A stretch of 64,000 nucleotides of DNA from NCBI GenBank assembly GCA_018920185.1, contig JAHLMT010000003.1:2055-66054 (forward strand). Reading direction: 5' to 3'. Numbering within the stretch: the first letter of the stretch is position 1; each line of letters opens with the position of its first letter. Below the pieces are notes generated by a model. That model was not told the origin of the DNA, made no database searches, and saw only the letters and a program-made list of their open reading frames with translations. Made by a program: the position numbers and the translations under genes. Below, piece after piece: positions 56,298 to 64,000 of the stretch. The stretch comes from Candidatus Aenigmatarchaeota archaeon (GTDB lineage Archaea > Aenigmatarchaeota > Aenigmatarchaeia > CG10238-14 > SCSR01).

Positions 56298-56933
56298 TTA
56301 TAAAGAATCTTCCCTATTTACATACCGCCCTCTTTTTTCGATTTCTTTTAATTGATTAAATACAACATCAGCATTTTTATATTCTTCTTTATAACCAAGT
56401 ACTAAACTATTCCATGCATCATCGAAAATCTTAAAGTGAGTTGATTCGAGAGCTTCTTTCAATAGTTTCATATCCACAGCTTTGTTTTCTACTCTTTCTG
56501 TGAATTCTCCTAGACTAAAATCTATAAAATATATTTTATCATCTTTCAAAATCATGTTAGAAGTTGTGAGATCTCCATGAACAATGTTATTCGAGTGTAA
56601 CTTTCCTATCTGTTTTCCTAATTTAAAACAAATTGACTTTACATCATTTATAGAAATTGAATTCAAGTACTCTTTGAGTCTGTGTCCATTAATATATTCC
56701 ATTATTATTCTGTGGTTCTTTTCATCAACACTTAATATCTTTGGTGTGGGTATGTTTAATTTTCTAACTTCTGTAAGTAACTTTACTTCTTTTCTTGTTC
56801 GTGTTTTTCTTAATTTTTCGTCTAATTGTTTTATTCTATAATTTTTGGCAATTCTCTCTTTCACTATAACTTCTTGACCATCAAATACATCAAGATATAT
56901 CTTGCTTTCTGCACCTTGATACAGAATTTTCAT
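56298..56933 (-). CDS. bud32: Bud32/Kae1-associated kinase (KEOPS subunit)
   Basis: 211 aa with GAESKIY, VKERI.K.YR, HGDLTTSNMIL and IYFIDFSLG. Confidence 0.8.
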   Translation of the reverse strand: MKILYQGAESKIYLDVFDGQEVIVKERIAKNYRIKQLDEKLRKTRTRKEVKLLTEVRKLNIPTPKILSVDEKNHRIIMEYINGHRLKEYLNSISINDVKSICFKLGKQIGKLHSNNIVHGDLTTSNMILKDDKIYFIDFSLGEFTERVENKAVDMKLLKEALESTHFKIFDDAWNSLVLGYKEEYKNADVVFNQLKEIEKRGRYVNREDSL

Positions 56934-56965
56934 GAATTAAAAGGTTGTTAATAACTATTTAAATA

Positions 56966-57499
56966 ATGATGAGATTGGATTGGAAGATCTATGCTATCGG
57001 CTTAGGAGTCTTGATGTTGAGCATTATGGTTTTCTTTTTACAAAAAGTTTTCTTCTTTTTGGCGATAGTTTTAGCGACAATTTTATTAGCTGTTGTGCTT
57101 AGATTTTCATATCCAATAAAGTATCTTGGGGTGGAATTGATTACCCTATCAACAATGCTTGTAGGTGTTTCTTATGGTCCGATACTTGGTGGGATATACG
57201 CGTTCACCATGTTGTTAGTGCATTTAGTGGTAGGCGATTATTATATTGGACCTTATTTGATGTGGTTAATACCAGAATATGTAGTGTTAGGAATTTTATC
57301 TGGAATTCTTGGGACAAGTATAATAGGGCCGATAGGAGTATTTTTTATTGTTAGTATGAACTTGTTAAATTTATTTTTCACATTTGTTGGAGAGCCAGAG
57401 AGGTTTAGCAAAGAATTACCGTTTGCAATAGGAAATTCGGTAATAAACTCTGCTATATTGTTAAAGTTTCTTAGTTCGGTGGTCAATTTTATAGGTTAG
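56966..57499 (+). CDS. polytopic membrane protein
   Basis: 177 aa with ~5 TM. No family recognised. Confidence 0.4.
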   Translation: MMRLDWKIYAIGLGVLMLSIMVFFLQKVFFFLAIVLATILLAVVLRFSYPIKYLGVELITLSTMLVGVSYGPILGGIYAFTMLLVHLVVGDYYIGPYLMWLIPEYVVLGILSGILGTSIIGPIGVFFIVSMNLLNLFFTFVGEPERFSKELPFAIGNSVINSAILLKFLSSVVNFIG

Positions 57500-58446
57500 T
57501 TATCTGAAATACCATTTTCTGTAATTCTAAAAACAGCTTCACCTTCAACAAGATCTGGTGCATCTATTATCTTGCAGATTCTTGTTCCTTCTTTTCCTCT
57601 CCTTAGGTAGAGGCGATATGTAGCCATGTGACCGAGTATATTTCCACCGACAGGACGCGTGGGATCGCCAAAAAGCATAGAAGGATCGGACATCACTTGA
57701 TTTGTAATATATACTGCAAGATTGAATGCATCTGCCAGTCGTTGCAATTGGTGAAGATGTCTATTTAATTTTTGTTGTCGACTTGCTAATTCACCTCTTC
57801 CAATAAAGTCGGCTCTGAAGTGTGAAGTTAGAGAATCTACAACTATCAGTTTGATTTTTTTCTCCTCGATCATGTCCGGTGCTTTTTCTACTAAAAGTAT
57901 TTGATGTTCTGTGTTAAATGCACGGGCTATGTAAATGTTTCTCAAAACTTTTTCAGGTTCTAGTTTTAATGATCGGGCAATTTGAACTATACGTTCTGGT
58001 CGGAATGTATTTTCTGTATCGATAAACAAACATGCCCCATCCAATCCACCCTTATCTTTCGGTAATTGAACTGTAACTGATAGTTGGAAAGCTAGTTGTG
58101 TTTTACCACTTCCATATTGTCCATAAGCTTCTGTAATAGCTTGGGTCTCTATTCCCCCTCCAAGAAGATTATCAAGATTTTTACTACCAGTTGTTATTTT
58201 AGAAACTGTGGTTCTTCTTTCTAAAATCTTATCCGCGGTTTCGTATCCTATGTCTAGTTTCTCTCTGATTGCATTTATTATTTTTGCTGCTGTAGCTTCT
58301 CCTATTTCTGCAATGTTTGCTAACTCGGTGGGTGAAGAAACTGCTATGACCATCGGATCGGCATAACCTATGCTTTTTAATTTTTCCAAAGTCTTATCAC
58401 CAATACCAGGTATGTCTTCCAACCTAATCTCTTTTTTAAAGGGCAT
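57496..58446 (-). CDS. radA: DNA repair and recombination protein RadA
   Basis: 316 aa with an N-terminal HhH ([15 protein letters not shown]), Walker [10 protein letters not shown] and Walker B LIVVDS. Confidence 0.92.
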   Translation of the reverse strand: MPFKKEIRLEDIPGIGDKTLEKLKSIGYADPMVIAVSSPTELANIAEIGEATAAKIINAIREKLDIGYETADKILERRTTVSKITTGSKNLDNLLGGGIETQAITEAYGQYGSGKTQLAFQLSVTVQLPKDKGGLDGACLFIDTENTFRPERIVQIARSLKLEPEKVLRNIYIARAFNTEHQILLVEKAPDMIEEKKIKLIVVDSLTSHFRADFIGRGELASRQQKLNRHLHQLQRLADAFNLAVYITNQVMSDPSMLFGDPTRPVGGNILGHMATYRLYLRRGKEGTRICKIIDAPDLVEGEAVFRITENGISDN

Positions 58447-59452
58447 TCATATTCACCACTGATTCTAATTCATTAACTAATCTCTTACTTTCTTCTAAAG
58501 GATTTATATCTTTAAAATCGTTTACAACCATTTCTAGCCTATCGAATAGTTTATTCTTTCTCACTTTTCCGGATAATATGAATTCTTTACCTAATAGTCT
58601 ATCAGCAAGCATTTGGTATCTTTCTCCCGGCTCTATCGAAGATAGTTCTCTCGATTTTATACCACAAATTTTTTCTGCAATCTCCCGAAATAGAACACAT
58701 CTTAAATCTCCTGTTCCATCGTCTATGATAAATGATAAAACTAATGCTTGGTTTGGAGTTACTTCTCCGTGTTCAAAGCATTTACTATTATCTAATCTGC
58801 CGTCACACAGAGGACATATGTCAAAAAGAAAGTTTCCTTTGAAAAGTTGGACGATAGTACCTTTTATTTCAAAATTGCCACCTGAGACTATGTTAACTAT
58901 ATCCGATCGTTCTGGAAAAACGTTAAGAAACATTTTTGACAATTCTTCTAAAGAAGGCAAGTTGGTGTATTCAACAGGAATTATTCTACCAAATCTTCCT
59001 AAAGAAATCTCAATATCGCCGAAGATATTTTCACGTGCTACACCATGACTAATCTGTACTATATCACCTAACGATATATTTTCTTCTAATAATTTAATCT
59101 GTTCATCCCATAAAGGAACCCTAACAAACCCTGTATTATCGCCTATATAAATATTAACAACTCTTCCTACAGTTCCGTCCAATTTAATAAACTCGTTAGT
59201 TTTAGATATTTTAAATACTCTACCAATAATGTTTACATTTCTCATTCCTGGGGTTATATTTTTGATAGGTGTTTTCTCGATTGTATTTTCTGGTAAATCT
59301 ATACCAAGTTCCTTTGCAACCAAGTAAATAGCACCTTCTTTTGTTATTAGATTATTCATTTCTGAATATCTCTTATCAACTAGATATAGTATATCATCTT
59401 TTTTAAGTCCGGATCTGTTTTGCAATTCTGCAAGAAGAAGGTCAAAATCCAT
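58436..59452 (-). CDS. replication protein A-like ssDNA-binding protein (OB folds plus zinc finger)
   Basis: 338 aa. OB-fold pattern [12 protein letters not shown]...[23 protein letters not shown] is present, plus a second OB interrupted by [12 protein letters not shown]. Confidence 0.75.
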   Translation of the reverse strand: MDFDLLLAELQNRSGLKKDDILYLVDKRYSEMNNLITKEGAIYLVAKELGIDLPENTIEKTPIKNITPGMRNVNIIGRVFKISKTNEFIKLDGTVGRVVNIYIGDNTGFVRVPLWDEQIKLLEENISLGDIVQISHGVARENIFGDIEISLGRFGRIIPVEYTNLPSLEELSKMFLNVFPERSDIVNIVSGGNFEIKGTIVQLFKGNFLFDICPLCDGRLDNSKCFEHGEVTPNQALVLSFIIDDGTGDLRCVLFREIAEKICGIKSRELSSIEPGERYQMLADRLLGKEFILSGKVRKNKLFDRLEMVVNDFKDINPLEESKRLVNELESVVNMNAL

Positions 59453-59483
59453 GAATTGTTTATATAATTCAATTTAAAAATAG

Positions 59484-59693
59484 CTACTGTTTGTTTCTGG
59501 AAAGCCTAATGTCCTCGCCTATTAATGTTTTTCTACCAGCGTGCTTTGATAAAGTGACCGCTTCTTTTGCGACATTTATCAGTTTTTCTTCCATTATTGT
59601 GGCAAACTCTTTTAAAGCATCTTGCGAAACTCTTTTAGCTCCTACTTTTTTCAAAATACGTTCAAAAGGTCCTCTTGGTAAGAAATTTGCCAT
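59484..59693 (-). CDS. archaeal histone (HMf family)
   Basis: 69 aa with histone-fold pattern LPRGPFERILKKVGAKRVSQDALKEF...AKEAVTLSKHAGRKTLIGEDIRL. Confidence 0.8.
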   Translation of the reverse strand: MANFLPRGPFERILKKVGAKRVSQDALKEFATIMEEKLINVAKEAVTLSKHAGRKTLIGEDIRLSRNKQ

Positions 59694-59724
59694 AATTAAA
59701 GTTATATTAATTTTATATAAAGGT

Positions 59725-59952
59725 TTATCTAGAAAATAGTTCTCTTATAAGCCAGGTAAAAATCAAAGCAACGGTAGAAAGAAAACTAATTAATGCGCCA
59801 ATCATAGCTAAAATAACAGGAATGCCTTTAGTGTTAACTACAGTTAAACCAATGCCCAAAGAAAGCGTGATTGAACCAAGAAAAATAAATAATATACAAT
59901 AATTTTCGATTGTTGCAAGTCTATCTTTTTCTTTTAACTTTGTGAAAAGCAT
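59725..59952 (-). CDS. small membrane protein (2 TM)
   Basis: 75-aa ORF with two hydrophobic helices. Confidence 0.35.
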   Translation of the reverse strand: MLFTKLKEKDRLATIENYCILFIFLGSITLSLGIGLTVVNTKGIPVILAMIGALISFLSTVALIFTWLIRELFSR

Positions 59953-59961
59953 ATTATTCTA

Positions 59962-60612
59962 TTATTTAAATAAATTAATTTTTTTTGCAACATTTTCTAA
60001 TTCTTCCAAATCCTTAGCTGTATTAACAGTCATCCAAAATCCTTTGTGCTTGAAAGCTTTTAAATCTATTTTCGGGAAAGTCTCAGTTTCTATAGCGCCT
60101 TTATCGGGCAGGGGAATGTTTTTATTAAGTAATGCTACACCACACCATGCCCAATATGGTAATAATGGTTTTTGTTTAAAATTTATTACTTTATTACCTT
60201 TTGTCTCAACTATTCCAAAATTTGAATGAAATCTACTAAGAACAATAGTATTGCTACCCATTTTCTTTAGCTTATTTAAATCAACATCAGTTATATCATC
60301 TGCGTTCACAAGGAAAAAATTCTCATTTTCTATATACTTCAAAGCATGTTTCACTGCTCCACCTGTTCCTAAAGGTTCCTTCTCTACAGAATAGATAAAC
60401 ATATCTCCGTAATGTCTTTTGATGTTCTCCCACTTGTATCTACAAGCTAAAACAATCTTTTCTACACCATATTGTTTTAACCATTTCACATGATAATCAA
60501 GAAGTGGTTTACCATTAACTTTTAACATACACTTTGGAATATCTTTCGTTAATGGTAGCAATCTTTTTCCAGAGCCGCCGGTCAAGATAATAGCTTCCAT
60601 ATCAATTATCAC
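59962..60612 (-). CDS. sugar-phosphate nucleotidyltransferase
   Basis: 216 aa. AIILTGGSGKRLLPLTKDIPKCMLKVNGKPLL is the NTP_transferase G-x-G-x-R-L motif. Confidence 0.75.
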   Translation of the reverse strand: MIIDMEAIILTGGSGKRLLPLTKDIPKCMLKVNGKPLLDYHVKWLKQYGVEKIVLACRYKWENIKRHYGDMFIYSVEKEPLGTGGAVKHALKYIENENFFLVNADDITDVDLNKLKKMGSNTIVLSRFHSNFGIVETKGNKVINFKQKPLLPYWAWCGVALLNKNIPLPDKGAIETETFPKIDLKAFKHKGFWMTVNTAKDLEELENVAKKINLFK

Positions 60613-60637
60613 TTCCTATATGATTTAATTTGTAAAG

Positions 60638-62761
60638 CTACTCAATTTTAGCTTTATAAATTTTAACTTCGGGGTTAGAGTAAACTAATTCAAAATTATT
60701 TAAATCTCTGCCGTCAAAGAAAAACATTTTTGTAAACAAAGAATCTCTGACTTTTTGATCCATAAATAATATTAGACGAAAACTAGGGTCTATCCAAATC
60801 ATACCATCTATCAAGTTGGTAGTGTTAACGTGTGAGCGTTGTTCTACACCATTTAAATAATACACAACATCACTTATCAATGCATTTCTTATACCTTGAG
60901 ATGGTACATTAATAACAGCTAATATTTTTGTGTCATTTTGCACAAGAGTCACAGTCATGAATTCGTTTGAATAAACTGGTAAACCAGAACGATCAAAATT
61001 TGAAAATGGTATTTGAATGAAATTTCTACCTTCGCACAATTGTGACGGATTCCTATTTCCAGCTTTCCATCTTTCCATGTTGAAGTTACCAAAACAACTC
61101 ATCCAAAAATATTTTCCAATTAAATCACTTGTTGCTAGAACATAAACTTCAGTGACGTCTTTGCAAGCATCTTCTGGTACTATATTTCCAAACGTCCTTT
61201 TTACTTCATTACATTGTTCATTTGTTAGATGAGTATATTTTTTGAGTATTTGTATGGATTCTGACTCATTATTTGTAGAAAATATTCTACCCATATCTCT
61301 TATTCGTATGTTATGATTGTATGGTATACAAAGACCTGGTCCACAGTGCGCACCGTCAGCATGAACTTTTAATCCCGTATAACCAGTAATTATATGACCT
61401 GGATCCCACCATGTTGCAATCAAAGAATCTTTATCTGCGTTCTCCTTAAGCCAGTCTAAAGCATTGTACCAATTTTGACTAATTAAAGTTCCTGTAGAAG
61501 CGAGGCCTATCTTAATCGCATCTGTAATAAAAATTATAATAAAGACAAACAATACACCAGAAATACTTGCAATTAACATCTGGTTTTTATTTTTAAGAAA
61601 TTCAAAAAGTTTAGCTAGAAAATAAGCTGCTGATGTAGAAGCTGCTATCGAAAACAATAAGGAAAATCTAACTCCCTTCGATATTAGATAAAAACTAATT
61701 AATGTCCAGACAATAATGAAAATTTCAAGTAATGTAATTTTTTGTTTTTTATAAAACTTGTATAAAAACCAAAGAGGCGTACCAAAAAAGGTTAACATAG
61801 TTGGTAAAAGGCCCACACGGTTTGCTACTGATAAAAATCCTTCTTTAGTGAAAATGTTTATCTTTTGTAATTCAGCTACTGATATATTAACTATCAAAGG
61901 CTCTCCAGCTATCCCAGTAAATCCTAATCCGCCTAGTAAAGAATGAAACATAGTTAAAAATCCTAAGAAATACCCAACGATGTTGATAACTAGAAATACT
62001 ATAAGTAAAGGTAGTGCTATAGGTTTTGTTTCGTTGAATGCATATTTCCAATTGAATTTCAATCTTTTTTGATGTAAAATATCCTCAAAAATCTTGTAAA
62101 CAAAAAATGAAGGTAGAGTTACAAGTAAAAGAATCGATGGTAGCCATCCTGCACCCCAATTAAAAACAAAAATAAGATTCGTAACTATAGCAAGTAAATA
62201 AAAAGGAATGGCTTTCCACTTTTTATTCCAGTTTTCAATCAACAAAAAGTAGGATAAAAGAGACAGAAAGGTGTAAAACACAACTACAACATCTGTGTCG
62301 TTATATCCTGCCATACTGACTCCTATAAGTGTGGGAGTGAGCGTAGAAAATAAAGCTAAAGCAATTCCTGCAATATAGTTTCTGAAAATTAAGATACCGA
62401 AAAGGAATGTAACAAAAGCTGTTAAACCTATCATTATCAAAGGGGAAATTTTAGCTACATCTGTTAGTGTTATAGAAGGTGAGAAATTTTGAATACCCTT
62501 ATACAAAAGTGCAATTGTGTAAGGCCAACCCTGATTTAGCTGAACGGGACGGCCAGGTGGGTAATAAGTTAAAATATCCCACTCGGGTAGTTTATAATTA
62601 TTTTTAATAATATCTTGAGCGTACCTGTAAAAATACCAAGGATCAAAATCTAAAACAGTTGGTGAATTAATAGTACCTAATCTTACATAAATAGATAGAT
62701 AAACTGTAAAAATAAAAGCGCAAAAAACTGTAAAAAATATAAGGATTTTCTTAATATCCAT
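60638..62761 (-). CDS. aglB: oligosaccharyltransferase AglB (STT3 family)
   Basis: 707 aa with a 13-TM-like N-terminal half. ATWWDPGH is a WWDxG catalytic motif variant, followed by a soluble C-terminal domain. Confidence 0.85.
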   Translation of the reverse strand: MDIKKILIFFTVFCAFIFTVYLSIYVRLGTINSPTVLDFDPWYFYRYAQDIIKNNYKLPEWDILTYYPPGRPVQLNQGWPYTIALLYKGIQNFSPSITLTDVAKISPLIMIGLTAFVTFLFGILIFRNYIAGIALALFSTLTPTLIGVSMAGYNDTDVVVVFYTFLSLLSYFLLIENWNKKWKAIPFYLLAIVTNLIFVFNWGAGWLPSILLLVTLPSFFVYKIFEDILHQKRLKFNWKYAFNETKPIALPLLIVFLVINIVGYFLGFLTMFHSLLGGLGFTGIAGEPLIVNISVAELQKINIFTKEGFLSVANRVGLLPTMLTFFGTPLWFLYKFYKKQKITLLEIFIIVWTLISFYLISKGVRFSLLFSIAASTSAAYFLAKLFEFLKNKNQMLIASISGVLFVFIIIFITDAIKIGLASTGTLISQNWYNALDWLKENADKDSLIATWWDPGHIITGYTGLKVHADGAHCGPGLCIPYNHNIRIRDMGRIFSTNNESESIQILKKYTHLTNEQCNEVKRTFGNIVPEDACKDVTEVYVLATSDLIGKYFWMSCFGNFNMERWKAGNRNPSQLCEGRNFIQIPFSNFDRSGLPVYSNEFMTVTLVQNDTKILAVINVPSQGIRNALISDVVYYLNGVEQRSHVNTTNLIDGMIWIDPSFRLILFMDQKVRDSLFTKMFFFDGRDLNNFELVYSNPEVKIYKAKIE

Positions 62762-62804
62762 AGACGTCTTATAGAATTTATTAAATTAATTTTAAAAAGA
62801 TAAG

Positions 62805-63542
62805 CTATTTCTTATAAATTACTGTGAATGTTTGTGAAAAAAAATTTAAAAATGATTTGCATAATAATTCGTCAATTAAGTACAATACCTCATGAGTTTT
62901 GTTGAACATTGAATTCAAAAGAGGATTTAGTCGATTAACTTGAGCTGGTATTAAAAATTCTCTTTTAATATAAAACTCTTTGATATTACAGGAACTTAAT
63001 AAATTTTTTATTTCCCTTTCATCGTACTTTATTTTATGACTCCAAATTCCAAGTTTTTTTGCTAAAAATTCGTTCATCGAGTATTTGTTTGGAAGGTTAA
63101 AAATTACACCTTTACTATTCTCTTTTAAAACGCGTAAACTTTCTTTAAGAAATTTCTTACTATCTTTTATATGTTCTAAGACCCCAAAAGATACTACAAA
63201 ATCGAAAGTAGCATCTTCGAATTTAAGATCTAATGCGTCGCATATAATGTACTCTACGCCGTTGTAATTTGTGAATTTCTTCCAAAGCAAATTACTTTTT
63301 ATATCAACGCCAATAACTTTAGATTTTGGTTTTATGTGTTTAATCATGGCTGTTGTAAAACCCCATCCGCATCCGATGTCTAAAACTTTAGAATTTTCTG
63401 GAATAAGATTTTCAAGTTCATTAATTTGCTTTTCATATCTTAGCCAGCTAAGATTACTTGTAACATGAAATGATTTTTTGTAATTTTTACTATTTATGGA
63501 ATTAAGTACTATTTTCCGGATCTCTTCAAACATTGTAATCAT
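62805..63542 (-). CDS. class I SAM-dependent methyltransferase
   Basis: 245 aa with VLDIGCGWGFTT (motif I) and FDFVVSFGVLEH. Confidence 0.7.
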   Translation of the reverse strand: MITMFEEIRKIVLNSINSKNYKKSFHVTSNLSWLRYEKQINELENLIPENSKVLDIGCGWGFTTAMIKHIKPKSKVIGVDIKSNLLWKKFTNYNGVEYIICDALDLKFEDATFDFVVSFGVLEHIKDSKKFLKESLRVLKENSKGVIFNLPNKYSMNEFLAKKLGIWSHKIKYDEREIKNLLSSCNIKEFYIKREFLIPAQVNRLNPLLNSMFNKTHEVLYLIDELLCKSFLNFFSQTFTVIYKK

Positions 63543-63588
63543 TATAAAAAGGCAAGATTAATAAATTATAAAAAGGCAAGATTAATAA
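63541..63588. repeat. 24-bp perfect tandem duplication in divergent intergenic region
   Basis: attataaaaaggcaagattaataa occurs twice (63541-63564 and 63565-63588). Each copy has a TATA-like ttataaaaa. Confidence 0.85.
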
Positions 63589-63613
63589 AGTTTGTTTTCG
63601 ACTTTAAATTGGC

Positions 63614-64000
63614 ATGGTAGATAAAATGGGTGAAGTAAAAACCGCCGTAGTGCTTGTTGGTGGTGCAGGATTAAGAATGTATCCTCTAACAGAGAATAAA
63701 CCCAAATGCATGATAGAGATAGCGGGCAAACCAATTTTGTTTTGGGTGTTAAATTGGTTGAAATCCAATGGAATTAAAAATGTTGTTGTGGGCGTAGCTT
63801 ATAAAAAGGAAATTGTTGTAAACTATTTGAAAAACAACAATTTCGGTTTAAATATAGCTATTAGTGAACACAGCGTCGAAGGAGAGACTGGGGAAGGATT
63901 CAGACTTGCTATCGAGCGATATGTTAATGATGAAAATTTTATAGCTATGAATGGTGATGAGCTTACTAACATTAACCTGAGTAAAATGATAAAACATCAC
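63614..64000 (+). CDS. sugar-phosphate nucleotidyltransferase (partial, runs off window)
   Basis: My own translation from the ATG at 63614: MVDKMGEVKTAVVLVGGAGLRMYPLTENKPKCMIEIAGKPIL..., which is the NTP_transferase motif. The frame stays open to the window end. Confidence 0.75.
   Translation, partial: MVDKMGEVKTAVVLVGGAGLRMYPLTENKPKCMIEIAGKPILFWVLNWLKSNGIKNVVVGVAYKKEIVVNYLKNNNFGLNIAISEHSVEGETGEGFRLAIERYVNDENFIAMNGDELTNINLSKMIKHH

Overview
AT-rich archaeal chromosome segment with small, tightly packed genes, many with 4-nt overlaps. Recognisable housekeeping genes: topoisomerase VI B/A, RadA, RPA, archaeal histone, Alba, aIF-1A, KH/Dim2-like protein, ribosomal proteins eS17, eS1 and uS15, Bud32, tRNA-splicing endonuclease, Trm5, endonuclease Q, diphthine synthase, Pcm, aminotransferase, Lon-like and M50 proteases, AglB plus sugar-nucleotide and glycosyltransferase genes. 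I also see an SRP RNA and five tRNAs. About half of the window encodes secreted, lipid-anchored or pilin-like surface proteins of unknown family. Together with the minimal housekeeping set, this suggests a small-genome, possibly DPANN-like, archaeon; that lineage call is inference only. Main points of interest: (1) an approximately 11-kb one-strand type IV pilus-like operon (33649-45011) with a secretion ATPase, a FlaJ/TadC-like platform protein, about 12 pilin-like genes and one Sec-type secreted protein, including cysteine-rich pilins and glycine-tailed proteins. It faces a divergent module of two coiled-coil proteins and four tandem paralogous membrane proteins (45054-48535). (2) A second pilin/adhesin operon (1749-8861) with LamG-domain pilins, an Ig-repeat protein and a triple cysteine-rich repeat protein. 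(3) A lipoprotein paralog family (14493-17621) whose domain recurs at the C-terminus of a 972-aa membrane protein. (4) tRNA-Phe and tRNA-Trp each carry two insertions, one canonical and one at a non-canonical position. tRNA-Val has an 18-nt D-loop, and endA lies next to tRNA-Phe. (5) A 51-bp direct repeat containing the 3' end of tRNA-Leu brackets about 1.3 kb holding a frameshifted DUF3800-like gene, which looks like a decayed integrated element. No CRISPR array, rRNA or intact integrase/transposase was seen. All family assignments are motif recognition by eye, not searches.
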